Assembly (NCBI GenBank): GCA_963735415.1
Contig: CAVTLB010000034.1
Location: 127 to 64,126, forward strand
Reading direction: 5' to 3'
From: an uncultured Actinomycetota bacterium
Lineage (GTDB): Bacteria; Actinomycetota; Actinomycetes; Streptosporangiales; Streptosporangiaceae
Length of the DNA: 64,000 bases
Position 1 is the stretch's first letter; each line of letters starts with the position of its first letter. Positions 1 to 10,762 of the stretch are shown one piece after another. Position numbers and translations under genes: made by a program. The notes beneath the pieces are model-generated. The model did not search any database and was not told where the DNA came from. It saw nothing but the letters and a program-made list of their open reading frames with translations.

Positions 1-2390
1 TTAGTCGTTCCTGGCTGCCTCGCTTGCCACGCGGGTCAGGATCGGGAACGTCGCCGCGATGATCGCCAGGGACACGATGATGCCGCCGACGGTCAGCAGG
101 TAGTACACCTGGCCCGGCGCGACCATCGCGCGGCTTTGTGCCTCCCTCGCGTACATCGCGGCGGCGCCGAAGCCCGTCCCGATCGCCACGACCGCCACCG
201 TCAGCAGCGGGACCGCGCCCTCAAGCGCGACGACGCCGCGCAGCGTGGACAGCCGCGCGCCGGTGAGCCGCAGCAGGCTGAACGGCCGCTCGGCGTTCGC
301 GAACCTCGCCGCGATGCCCGCCGCCAGCGTGCACCCGGCGATCGCCAGGCTGACCAGGATCACCACGTTGGCGAGCTGCTGGTAGCCGGAGTTCTGCGAG
401 TTGTCCTGCGCGGCGGTGTCGGCGCGCGTGGACGGCGGCGAGACCGTCGGGTAGACGCTCGCCTCCAGCAGCGTCCGCGCCCGCTCGACCGCCGCCGTGG
501 CGCCGTTCGTCGCCACGGCGATGCCGTCCACGCCGAGGGCGTCCAGTCCGGCGACTGGCACACTCGCGGCCGGCCAGGTGTACGTGTCCACATTCCCGCT
601 GAAGCCGAGGGGACCGCTGAAGCCGTCCGCCGGAACTGTCGCCGTTCCCACGCCTGCCGGCAGCGGCCGAGCGCGGGCGCGGTTGCGCCGAGCTGGCGGC
701 GGCCCACGGCGGCCCCGGATGGGGTGACGCTGCCATCGGCGTTGACGCCGACGCGTCGCGCCAAGGTTCTGGGAACAACCAGGTGGTGGGAGCCGGGCGG
801 ACCAGCGCGCGCCCACGAGCACCCCCTCGACACCGGGCGCCGCGCTGGCTCGGCGGCGAGCGGCGCGGCGGGCACGGCCCGGCCCTGGGCTGGCGGATAC
901 GAGACCACGTACCGCGGCCACTGTTCCGGGCGTCCGCGTTCGACGCCGATGTGTGCGCGGTCAGGCGCATCCAGCTCGGCGATGTGGACGAACCGGTGGG
1001 GTCCTTGGCGTCCTCCGTGGCGATCACGATCGTCGCGAGGTCGTAGGTGCAGGCAGCACCAGCGCCAGGGCCAGGCTGACAGAACGACACGGCCCGCGGG
1101 TAGTCGCCGATGGCCGGGCGGCGATGCGTGCCGGGGCGGCTGGTCCACCGGCCATGGCCGCGCGGCGGCCATGGTGCGCCACGGCCCGGCGATGAACAGC
1201 CCATGGTGGTCAGCGCGAAGCTGGTCACGAACACCTCGATCTGCCCCGGGATCGAGGCCGGGTGCTAGTGCGCCTGCAGGCCGAGTACCACCGCGGGGCA
1301 GCGGCGCCACCGCCAGGCCCAGCGGCTTCGGCGTCACCCGGCGCGTGACGCCGAGCGGGGGAATGTCCGCCGGCGCCGCGCCAGTCGCGCCGCCACGGCG
1401 TCGCCCACCGGCACGCCGCCGCGACGACGATGACGTCGAACAGGCTGAGCGTGGGCTCGCTTGGGGAGGGCGCTCCAGCGACGGGGTTGATGCCGCGCCG
1501 GACGCGCAGCCCGAAGAAGATCGCGAACCGCGCCACGCCCACAGCCACCGCGGATCGACTTCCACGCCGCGGGCACCGACACCTGGGTGCGGGTGCGCAT
1601 CGACGCGGCGCATCGCCGCCGACCGCCCTCCCAGCAGGCTGCCGACAGCCAGTTCGGCGGTCTCGATGAAGATCAGTACCAGCAGCAGGATCGCCAGCGC
1701 GACAACGGACGGATCAGGTCGATGCCGCTCGCCGGTATGCAGCGATCACCAGCACGTACATCCACCGCTGGATCGGGTTCAGCAGAACTGCGGGCGATCA
1801 GCCCCTTCCTGGCGCGGAAGTCGTGCCGATTTCCTCGGAGGCTGCCCTCCAGCGGATCACGATGGCGTCGCCTTGACGCTGCCTGGGCCGTCGCCGGTCG
1901 CCGGGGTGCGGGCGACGACGATGGCGGTTGGGCGAGGGCGGCGCAGCGTCACGATGATCCCGGCCAGGTGCCCCGGGTGAGCGGTGGGCCGCTGGTCCAC
2001 CAGAACGACCGCGGCGGCGCTCCGAGCTCGGGCGGGGCGTGGTGCGTCTGGTGCAGGCGGGTCATCGGACGGTCCCGAGCAGCACCTAGCAGACACCAGT
2101 GGCCGCGACGTCGAAGCGGCTGATCGTCTCGCCGTCGTAGACCCCGCTGGCACCGCCCGCCAGCAGGCGGGCGCGACGCCATTGCGGCCCCAGCGCCGCC
2201 CACTCGGCGTCAGTTCCAGGACCAGGTAGCTGTTCCACGCAGTTGACCACGTTGGTCATCGCCTTTGCGGTGAGCAGCGCGCCCGGCGCGAGGCCGCCCG
2301 CGATCCCCAGTAGCAGGCCCAGGTCACGGCCTCGCGCCCCCCGCTCGCGGCCAGCCGCAGCCTCAGCCGCAACTGCCAGGCCGGTCGCCG
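1..2390 (-). CDS. FtsX-like ABC transporter permease (many indels; 5' boundary approximate)
   Basis: C-terminal ORF has LANVVILVSLAIAGCTLA...ERPFSLLRLTGA...LEGAVPLL and hydrophobic helices. Further permease fragments in other frames run up to LRLRLAASGGREAV near 2350. Lies downstream of an ABC ATPase. Confidence 0.65.
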
Positions 2391-3150
2391 GCTTCGCCCC
2401 CGTGAGCGTGCTGACCATCCCATCCGCGCCGACGACCTCGCGGTCGCGTACGCAGGCGACCCAGGCGTCGTCGGTGACCAGGATCGCATCGTTTGCCCCG
2501 CTCGCGGACCACGTTCGCCGGCGGGGCCATCTGGGGCGCCGAACAGTCGGGTCCAGCGTCCCGGTCGGCTCGTCGGCGAGGGTCCTTCGCGCTGGGCGGC
2601 GGCCGCGGGCCAGCGCGACACACTGCGCCTGGCCGCGGGGCGGCTGGACCGGGTCGCGCGGACTCCAGCCCCGTCCAGCTCAGCGTCCAGAAGCCACGCT
2701 GCGCGCCACCGTCATCGCCAGCCGCGCCCGGCGTGCCGGACAGCAGCAGCGGCGCGCGACGTTCTTCCTCAGCGGTAGACGGGCGCCGAGCTCCCCGGAC
2801 TGGAACACGCACCCGGACCGATCCCGCGCAGGGCGCTGCGCTTGTCGTCGCTCGACCCAGTCCAGCCACCATCCCGTTGGAATCCCACTTCCCCGAAGGC
2901 ACCAGGATCCCGGCCAGGCAGTGCAGCAGCATCGACTCCCTGACCGTATCGGCGCCATGACGGCGACGATCTCACCCTTGGCGACGCCGAGCGACGCCCG
3001 CGCAGCGCCAGCGTGCTCCCGAACGACGGCGAGCAGGTCGACGGCCTGGATGACTTGCCCCGACGCGCCGTGCCCATGCCCGTGACACTTCGGGCACAGG
3101 GGTGCGTGGCCAGGGGCGGCGTCCCCAGCGGCGTTGGGGTCGGGAGTCAT
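2385..3150 (-). CDS. ABC transporter ATP-binding protein, LolD/FtsE type (badly frameshifted)
   Basis: Fragments GEIVAVM, LLHCLAGILVP, GCVFQSGEL...NVA and ILVTDDA...DREVV are spread over several frames; Walker A is corrupted. Confidence 0.55.
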
Positions 3151-3678
3151 CGATGCCCCTGCGCCCTGTCCAGCACGATCATGTCCACCCACGCCGCCAT
3201 GCTGGTCGGTCCAGTCGCAGGTCCGCCTCCAGGCGGTGGAGGGCATGGTCAGCCAGCAGCACGTCGAGGTGCCCGCCTGCCGCTTGGAACTTCGGTAGGC
3301 GCATCCGCTGCAGGTGCGCCGGCCCGCTGGCCGTAGAGGGAGGTGCTGGGCGTGTTGCCGGCATGAGCGCGAGCACGACCTTGGCGAACAGTTCGCTCTC
3401 CAGGTCGAGCTCCGGCAAGGCCGACGGCGAGCCGCTTCTCCACGTCGGCGACGCCGTCGTTGGTGATGATGTACCTCAACCGCTCCAGCCCTCCACCCTG
3501 CTGGATCTCCAAGGCCACGGCCTCCCCATCCCTGGCCAGCCGCGACAGCGTGGCATACACCTGGCTGTAGCGCGGCAGGCCGCCCTTGCCCGAAGTACGC
3601 GTCGTAGTCGCGCTTCAGGTCATACCCATGGCGCCACCACGCTCAGATAAGCCCCAGCAGCGTCAGCGGAACACTCAC
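3147..3678 (-). CDS. PadR-family transcriptional regulator (frameshifted)
   Basis: GTG start MSVPLTLLGL, then HGYDLKRDYD, VYATLSRLARDG, ELFAKVVLAL and LLADHALHRLEADLR; usual PadR-ATPase-FtsX order. Confidence 0.65.
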
Positions 3679-3807
3679 ACCCGAGAGAATACATCACGAG
3701 CAGACTTCTCGGGAAGTAGCTGGAAGGAGGCCGACGGCGGCCGCGAGCTGCCGCGCAGCGCGACGGCCCGCCGGATGTCCGGCGGGCCGTCGTGTTGCGC
3801 TGCTGTT

Positions 3808-6669
3808 TCAGTTGTTGCCCGCTGGCTCGTCAGCTCTGGTCAGGCGCGGGAGCTGGGCACCGGGCACCTGCGATGGAGCGTAGATCTTCGAGTCACCCGG
3901 GTAGGGCACCTTCCACCCGTGGGCCTGGTACCACGTGTACCGGTTCATCTGCTCCGGGTTGGCGTAGTCGGGGACCGCGCCGTTGCCCGTGGTGTGCTGG
4001 CCGGCGAGCCAGGTCTGCCAGGCAGCGGCGGTGGCCCGCTCGTTCGCGGGCACAGCGGTCTTCTGGGTCTCCGCCGTGTTCAGCGCCTTCGCCGCGGAGC
4101 CGGTGAGGCCCAAGGTGTCCAGACCGCAGGCTGGCGCGGTGGTGATGCCCTCGGTGAGCGGCACCTGGTTCGGCACGGCGTTGAAAGGCGTGTAGTTGGG
4201 CCGGCTGGTGAAGGCGTCGTACATCGGCGTGGCCGCGGCGACCTTCTCGTTCAGCGGCTGGGCGCCGAGGATCTGCTCGATCGTCCGGACCGCCGAGAGC
4301 TGCGAGTAGTAGGTGTCGATCACCTTGCCGTGCTGGGCCCAAGGGCTGATGACCTGGACCGGGGCGCGGTGGCCGTCGACGTGGTCGGCACCGTCCTGGC
4401 TGTCGTCCTCGAGGACGAAGATGGCGGAATCCTTCCAGTACTTGGAGTGCGAGATCGTGTCGACGATGTCACCCGTGGCGAGATCGTTGTCGGCCACCCC
4501 GGCCTCCCGATCGGTCGGCCCGCCGGTGTGGTCGCTGGAGAGCCAGATCATGTTGAGGCCGGCAGGACCGTTCTTCTCGAAGTCCTGCTTCCAGATCTGG
4601 TAGCGGTAGATGTCCGGGATCGAGAGATCGAACGGCGGCGACTGCGGGTCGGCGATCGCGTTCAGCGACGGGATCGCCGATCCGTAGTTGCCCTTCAGGC
4701 CCGGGGCGGTCAGCTGAGCCGGGTCACCACCGCTGGCGACGCTCTTGGTCGCGCAGTAGTACTGCTGCCACGTACCGGACGGCTTGCCCTCCAGGTACTC
4801 GAACTCGCCGTAGTTCCTGGCCGTCGTGCCGGCGGACTCGACGGCGGTCCACAGGAAGCCCGAGCGCTGGTGGCCCAGCACGTCCTCCTCGGTGTCGTAG
4901 GTGCGCTGGTACTCACCCGCGTCCGACTCGGAGTACTCGGGGTTGTCGCCCTGCATCAGCCAGTTGTGGCCCTCGGAGGAGTTGGTGCCGATGTCGTACA
5001 CGTTGTCGTAGTCACTGAACTGCGTGGCCAGCGCGTGCTGGTTCGGCGTGGCCTTCTCGCCGAACTGCGTGAGCGTCGGGTCGCCGTTGCCCTCACCCAG
5101 GTCGCCGAACAACTGGTCGTAGGTCCGGTTCTCCTTCACGATCAAGAAGACGTGCTTGATCGTCGACGGGGCGCCGATGCGCGTCGGGACCGGGACTGGC
5201 TCCGTCTTCCGGCCCCTGGCCTCCAGCACGGAGTTCCTTGTCCAGCCGTTCTGCTTGAAGACCGTCACGGTGTAGTTCGCGATGTCCCGGTCGCTCGGAA
5301 GGGTGAAGCGCGTCAGGGACGCGGTGGTGCTGTGCGTGTCGTGGCCGGTCACGGGGACGGTTCCCGGTCCCTTGGAGGTCGTGATGCCGGGGCCGCGAGC
5401 GTCGATGCCGCGGGTGTTGGTGACGATGATCTGGTCGCCGACCGTCGCCACGTCCGCCGGGTAGTAGTCCGTCGGCAGCAGGCCGATGTAGCTCACCGGC
5501 TCCTTGGGCCTGCCGTAGTACTGGTAGACCGCGACGGCGTTCGCCCTCCCCAGGGTGACCAGCAGGTGGCCGTCCTTGGTCATGGCGATGCCGTCGGGCT
5601 GGTACCCCACCGTGGACTCCGGCCACGGCTTGGTCTCGATCGTCTGCACGACCTTGTTGATTGTCGTGTCGATGACGGAGACGGTGTCGCTGTTCGTGTT
5701 GGCGACGAACAGCGCGCGGCCGCTGACGTGCATCGCGGTCGGGTGCAGGCCGACAGCGATCTGTCCGACCGCGGCGGACGTGTTCGCGGTGTCGATGACG
5801 CTGACCTCACCCGTGGCCGACGTGCCCAGGTACCCGTTGGCGGGCACCTGGGTGCCGTAGGAGTCCATGGTCGTGTCGCCGGGCTGAGCCTGGCGGCCGC
5901 CCTCGTCGCTCACGTAGAGCTTGCTGCCCACGAAGGCGAGCTCGCGAGGGGCGATGCCGACGTTCCACGTGTGCTCGACCGCACCGGTGCTGGGGTCGAG
6001 CGCCACGACGGTGTTCTGCCCGTTGAGCGCGGCGTACAGGGTGGACCCGTCGGGCGAGTAAGCGGTCTGGCCCACCAGCGCGGAGTTGGGCACCGTAGCC
6101 CGGCTGTTACCCGAAAGGTGGGTGCCCACCGTCGGGAGCGAGAAGCGGGTCGGCGTGCCGAGGGTGCCGTCGGGGTTGACCGGGAACCGGGTCAGGGCGT
6201 CCTTCTCCGGAAGCCAGAGGAACTTGCCGTCCGGCGAGTAGGTCGGGCCTTCCTGTCCGACAGTGGTGTCGGACAGCATCTGGTTGACCCCGGTCACGCT
6301 GCCGACCGTCCAGATGAGCTTGTAGCTCGACAGGTCGAAGATCTGCAGGACCAACGGATGGTCGGCGGTGGTCGCGGCGAGGAACCGCCCGTCCGGGCTG
6401 ACCGTCGAGCCCATGAACTTGCCGAGCTGGGTGAGCAGGCGGTCACCGATCGGGTTGATGATCTGGTCGTCGGAGACCTGGATCCCGTTGCGGTACTGCG
6501 TGCCGACCTGGTTGTTGCCGAACCCCACCGTCGAGCCGTAGGCCATTGCCCCGCTGAGGGCGAGGAGAGCCGCTGTGCTGGCCATGACGAGGCGGAGTCG
6601 GCTGCGAGCCCAACTCGGAAGGCCGAGACGGACCCTCGAGACTTCACGACGTCGTCGTCTGACTTGCAT
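3808..6669 (-). CDS. Secreted YVTN/YncE beta-propeller + phosphoesterase/alkaline-phosphatase-superfamily protein
   Basis: Signal-like N-terminus, propeller repeats (LYAALNGQNTVVALD, LFVANTNSDTVSVIDT), KHVFLIVKENRTYDQLFGD and EDDSQDGADHVDGHR. ATG at 6669 follows AAGGGA. Confidence 0.9.
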   Translation of the reverse strand: MQVRRRRREVSRVRLGLPSWARSRLRLVMASTAALLALSGAMAYGSTVGFGNNQVGTQYRNGIQVSDDQIINPIGDRLLTQLGKFMGSTVSPDGRFLAATTADHPLVLQIFDLSSYKLIWTVGSVTGVNQMLSDTTVGQEGPTYSPDGKFLWLPEKDALTRFPVNPDGTLGTPTRFSLPTVGTHLSGNSRATVPNSALVGQTAYSPDGSTLYAALNGQNTVVALDPSTGAVEHTWNVGIAPRELAFVGSKLYVSDEGGRQAQPGDTTMDSYGTQVPANGYLGTSATGEVSVIDTANTSAAVGQIAVGLHPTAMHVSGRALFVANTNSDTVSVIDTTINKVVQTIETKPWPESTVGYQPDGIAMTKDGHLLVTLGRANAVAVYQYYGRPKEPVSYIGLLPTDYYPADVATVGDQIIVTNTRGIDARGPGITTSKGPGTVPVTGHDTHSTTASLTRFTLPSDRDIANYTVTVFKQNGWTRNSVLEARGRKTEPVPVPTRIGAPSTIKHVFLIVKENRTYDQLFGDLGEGNGDPTLTQFGEKATPNQHALATQFSDYDNVYDIGTNSSEGHNWLMQGDNPEYSESDAGEYQRTYDTEEDVLGHQRSGFLWTAVESAGTTARNYGEFEYLEGKPSGTWQQYYCATKSVASGGDPAQLTAPGLKGNYGSAIPSLNAIADPQSPPFDLSIPDIYRYQIWKQDFEKNGPAGLNMIWLSSDHTGGPTDREAGVADNDLATGDIVDTISHSKYWKDSAIFVLEDDSQDGADHVDGHRAPVQVISPWAQHGKVIDTYYSQLSAVRTIEQILGAQPLNEKVAAATPMYDAFTSRPNYTPFNAVPNQVPLTEGITTAPACGLDTLGLTGSAAKALNTAETQKTAVPANERATAAAWQTWLAGQHTTGNGAVPDYANPEQMNRYTWYQAHGWKVPYPGDSKIYAPSQVPGAQLPRLTRADEPAGNN

Positions 6670-6671
6670 GC

Positions 6672-8047
6672 CTATCCCTTCGATGTGGGAGCTAGCAGAT
6701 CGACGAGTCCGTCGAACTGCCATAGCGGGTTCGGCGCGTCACCATACGAGGTGTGCACCACGAAGTAGCCGTTCACTTCGTTCGGCCCGTCGCCGTCGGC
6801 GACGTACCGCCCGTTCGGGTTGACGTCAAGCTGGTAGATGGCCTGTCCGGTCGCATCGTTGACGCCAGGGAGATGCCAGAAGACGGTGCAGCGCCAGTCG
6901 TTTCCTGGCCCTTCCTGGGCGACCAGGCCGCCCCCCTTGGTGCACGACGCCGTGACCCGCAGCTGCGCCTTCGGTGACGTTCATGTGGTACAGCTCTTTG
7001 CCCTGCAGGCGGTAGAGATGGGCGAAGGACGTGGCGAGCGATCGCTGCAGCTTGCCGGCGTCGATGCCGGAGCCGGTGGCCCCGGTGGCCGCGGCCACCA
7101 CCCCGGCCGAAAGCACCCACACCCCGAGCAGCGGCAGGATCCCGAAGGTGATCGCGCGCCGCATCGAGCCGTCGTTCGCCAGGTTGGTGAAGTCGCGCCG
7201 CATGAAGAGCACATAGGCCAGCGCGGTCGCGGTGACCGCCCACGCCAGGCTCACGACGATGCCGGTAAGCACCGGGCCGAGCATCGGCGGGCTGGTGAAC
7301 AGGCCGTTCCAGGAGAGGAACGCGAAGCTGGGCAGCGCCAGGCGGACGGCGACCGGCATCGGCAACACCTGTGACGCCAGCTGCATGCCCAGCCCGCCGA
7401 AGGCGGGCAGCAGCAGGCCGATCGGGGACCGCCCGAAGATGACGGACGCGAGCAGCCCGATCGCGGCGAAGGCAAGTATCGGGGCGAGCGCGCAGAGCCA
7501 GGCGAGCAGGAGCTCTCCCGGCGGCGGCGGCCGGCGAAAGCAGGTGGCCGTCAAGACCGTTCAGCGGCCGGCTGCCGACCACCAGCCCGCCGACTATGCC
7601 GGAGGCCGCCAGCCCGGGCAGGCACATCAGGAGGACGGTGAGGCTCGCCAGCGCCTTGGCGACGAAGATCCGCCGCGGCGAGCGCACCGCCACGAGCAGG
7701 TGGCGCCAGGTGCCGAGCCGGTCCTCGGCGGAGAACACGTCCCCGGCGACTACCGAGGTGAGCAGCGGGAAGAACCAGCTGCCCGCGAAGGACAGCACGA
7801 CCAGCGCTCCGGCCCAGCCCGTGGCGTGCATCTCGCGGCCGAAGAGGGTGTCAGACGGAAGCGTGCCCTGCCTGCTGACCACGATGACCGCGAGCGCCGG
7901 CCCGATCCAGCACGCGAGGATCAGCAGGCGGACTCGCCACTGTGCCAGCTGCTTGACCAGCTCGAAGCGGAAGGCGCGGGCCACCGATACAGGGCGGGCG
8001 GCCGGCGCGTCACCGGGCGCGGTCGGTGCGATGGTCGTGGCCGTCAC
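6672..8047 (-). CDS. ABC-2 type transporter permease with extracytoplasmic C-terminal domain (frameshifted near 7520 and 6960)
   Basis: FRFELVKQLAQWR, VVAGDVFSAEDRLGTWRHLL, multiple TM helices. The stop abuts the start of the phosphoesterase gene. Confidence 0.8.
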
Positions 8048-8992
8048 TTGGACTCCTGCTCGGCGTGCTGTTCGGTGAGGGCGAGGAACGCGGTCTCGAG
8101 CGGCGAGACGACGGGGGCGATCTCGCGCACCGCGATGTTCGCGTGCACGAGCCGCGGCACCAGTTCGTCGAGGGCGGGCACCAGCGCGCGCACCACGAGC
8201 ATGCTCGCGGTTCGGAACGCCCTCGGCGTCGTCGACCACCTGTATCCCGTCCGTGCTCGCGGCGACCCGGCGCGCGGCGTCGTTGTCGGAGGTCAGCAGC
8301 CGGTAGTCGAGTTCACGGTTCTCGTCGGCCAGCTTGTCCAGCGGGCCGGAGAACGCGACCCGTCCGGTCGCGAGGATGGTGACCTCGGAGCACAGCTCCT
8401 CAAGATCGTCCATCCGGTGGCCCGAGAGGACCACGGTGGCCCCGTCCGCCGCGAGCCGGGTGAGGGTCCTGTGTACGTGCCTCTTGCCCGCTGGGTCGAG
8501 GCCGTTGGCGGGCTCGTCGAGCACGAGCAGGCGCGGCTTGGTGAGCAGGGCGGCGGCGAGGCCGAGCCGCTGCCGCATTCCGAGGGAGAAGCCACGCGCC
8601 TTGTCGTCGGCGACGTCGGTGAGCCCGACCTGCTCGAGGACGTCGTCGATGCCCGCCGTCGGTGCGTCGCGACCGCGCAGGCCGGCCAGCGCGGCGAGGT
8701 TGCCCCGGGCGGTCAGCGAGGGGTAGAGACCGGGGCCGTCGACGAAGCCCGTGACACCTTCGGGCACCGCTTGCCCCCGCCCGACCGGCGCGCCCAGGAT
8801 CTCAAGGCTGCCGCCGTCCGCCAAGGCCAGGCCAAGCAGAATGCCAAGCAGCGTCGTCTTCCCCGCGCCGTTCGGGCCGACGATCCCGTGGATCTGCCCA
8901 GCTTCGATATCCAGGTCGACACCGTCGAGCGCGACGACACGACCGAAACATTTCGCGAGTCCGCGAGCACGCACCGCGCAGGAACTACTCAT
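8044..8992 (-). CDS. ABC transporter ATP-binding protein (frameshift near 8200)
   Basis: Walker A GPNGAGKTT, signature FSLGMRQRLG, Walker B LLVLDEP. Confidence 0.9.
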
Positions 8993-9201
8993 CAGCCCTC
9001 CAGTAGCCCCCCGCGTAACCCTCAGGGGTACAGCTGAAGCGTGCGTTGATGGTGACTTAAGTCTGGGTAAACGATGAATGTCTGATTCAGCAAGTGGCGG
9101 ACCTCGCCACTGACTGCGTCCGCGCCCGGCTGGTCGGCAACGTGATCGCAATGGCCTCCCCCGTGCCCTGGCCGGCGCTGAGCTCTGGGGCCAGCGCGCA
9201 T

Positions 9202-9232
9202 TTGACTTCAAGCGCTTGAGGTATGTGAACCT
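9202..9232 (+). promoter_or_regulatory. MerR-type promoter with dyad operator
   Basis: TTGACT (9202-9207) is followed at once by the perfect palindrome TCAAGCGCTTGA (9208-9219), about 20 bp before the MerR start. Confidence 0.7.
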
Positions 9233-9238
9233 GTCGCT

Positions 9239-9691
9239 ATGGCCGCGATGACGATCCAGGAAATGTCCCGCCGCAGCGGGCTGAGCGAGCCCACGCTGCG
9301 CTACTACGAGGAGGTCGGGCTGGTCGGCCCGGTCGGCCGGGACGAGCGAAGCGGGCACCGCCGCTACGGGGACGCCGACCTCGACGCGGCGCAGGCGCTG
9401 GCCTGCCTGCGCGCGCTCGGCATGGGCGTCGAGGACATGCGCGCCTACCAGGCCAACCGGAGCCGGGGCGGGCGGGCGGTGGCGGCCGAGCAGCGCGACC
9501 TGCTGCGGCGGCACGCGGAACGGATCGAAGCGCAGATCGCGGCGCTGCGCACCCGGCTGGACTACCTGCGGGAGAAGTCGTCCCTGTGGGACGCCCGGGC
9601 GCAGGGTGACGCCGCCGCCGAGTCGGCGGCCCAGCAGCGGGTACACGCCGCGCTTGGCCGCCTGGACATGGAAACGGAGATCAAGCGATGA
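9239..9691 (+). CDS. MerR-family transcriptional regulator
   Basis: MTIQEMSRRSGLSEPTLRYYEEVGLV...SGHRRY, then a coiled coil. Confidence 0.92.
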   Translation: MAAMTIQEMSRRSGLSEPTLRYYEEVGLVGPVGRDERSGHRRYGDADLDAAQALACLRALGMGVEDMRAYQANRSRGGRAVAAEQRDLLRRHAERIEAQIAALRTRLDYLREKSSLWDARAQGDAAAESAAQQRVHAALGRLDMETEIKR

Positions 9692-10656
9692 GCATCCTGG
9701 TGACCGGGGCATCCGGGTATGTCGGCACGCAGCTGATCGCCCAGTTGCTGCGCGACGAGAAGGGGCCGGTGCGCGGCCAGGTCCGCTCGGCCGGCCGGGA
9801 GGGCGGGCTGCGAGCGGCGGTGCGCCGAGGCGGGGCTGACCCGGCCGGCCTCGATGTCGTCACCGCCGACCTGATGTCCGACGAGGGCTGGAAGGCGGCG
9901 ATGGCCGGCGTCGAGGAGGTCTACCATGTCGCCTCGCCCATCCCGCCCGCTCAGCCCGAGAACCCCGACGAGCTGATCGTGCCCGCCCGCGAGGGAACGC
10001 TGCGGGTGCTGCGCGCCGCCCGTGACGCGGGCGCCCGGCGGGTGGTGCTCACCTCGTCGTTCGCCGCCATCGGCTACACCCCCAAGCCGGGGGCGGAGTT
10101 CACCGAGCGCGACTGGACCGACCCTGACATGCCCGGCCTGCCGCCCTACCCGCGCTCCAAGACCATCGCCGAGCGCGCCGCCTGGGACTTCATGAACAGC
10201 GAAGGCGGGGGTACCGAGCTGACGGTGATCAACCCGACCTTCATCCTGGGGCCGCCGCTGACCGAGGCCGCCGGCTCGTCGATGTCCCTGATCAAGGCGA
10301 TGTTCAGCGGGCAGATGGCCGTCGCGCCGCGGCACCGCTTCGGTATCGCCGACGTGCGCGACGTGGCCGACCTGCACGTCCGGGCGATGGCGGCGCCCGG
10401 CGCGGCGGGCCAGCGCTACATCGGCGTCTGCGACCGCCCGCCGATCACGTACCTGGAGCTAGCCGGCTTCCTGCGCGAGCGGTACGGCCAGCTCGCCGCC
10501 ATGGCACCGACCACCGAGGCGGCCGGGGACGAGCCGCCCCGGCTGACAATCCGGGGCGACCGGGCCAAGAACGAGCTCGGCTGGCGTCCCCGCCCGGCGG
10601 AGGACACGATCACCGACACGGTCGACAGCCTGCGCGAGCGTGGGGAGCTGGGGTAA
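9688..10656 (+). CDS. NAD-dependent epimerase/dehydratase (dihydroflavonol/aldehyde reductase-like extended SDR)
   Basis: ILVTGASGYVG, VYHVASP, VVLTSS, YPRSK (YxxxK); ATGA overlap with the MerR gene. Confidence 0.9.
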   Translation: MSILVTGASGYVGTQLIAQLLRDEKGPVRGQVRSAGREGGLRAAVRRGGADPAGLDVVTADLMSDEGWKAAMAGVEEVYHVASPIPPAQPENPDELIVPAREGTLRVLRAARDAGARRVVLTSSFAAIGYTPKPGAEFTERDWTDPDMPGLPPYPRSKTIAERAAWDFMNSEGGGTELTVINPTFILGPPLTEAAGSSMSLIKAMFSGQMAVAPRHRFGIADVRDVADLHVRAMAAPGAAGQRYIGVCDRPPITYLELAGFLRERYGQLAAMAPTTEAAGDEPPRLTIRGDRAKNELGWRPRPAEDTITDTVDSLRERGELG

Positions 10657-10762
10657 CCCCGGGCGGTGCCGCCCGATGCCTGCTCATCAACGGCCTCTTC
10701 CATAACTGGGGTTAATCACGCACACTGCTCCTAGTGATCATTCTTCCCCCGGGAGGTCCCTA

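Noticed and set aside
3586-6768. 1060-aa plus-strand ORF
   Set aside because: Antisense shadow of the phosphoesterase gene; high GC3 suppresses stops and no motifs are present.
6773-9712. 979-aa ORF apparently fusing ABC ATPase and permease
   Set aside because: A chimera of frames produced by indels; the two genes have their own start and stop with a GTGA overlap.
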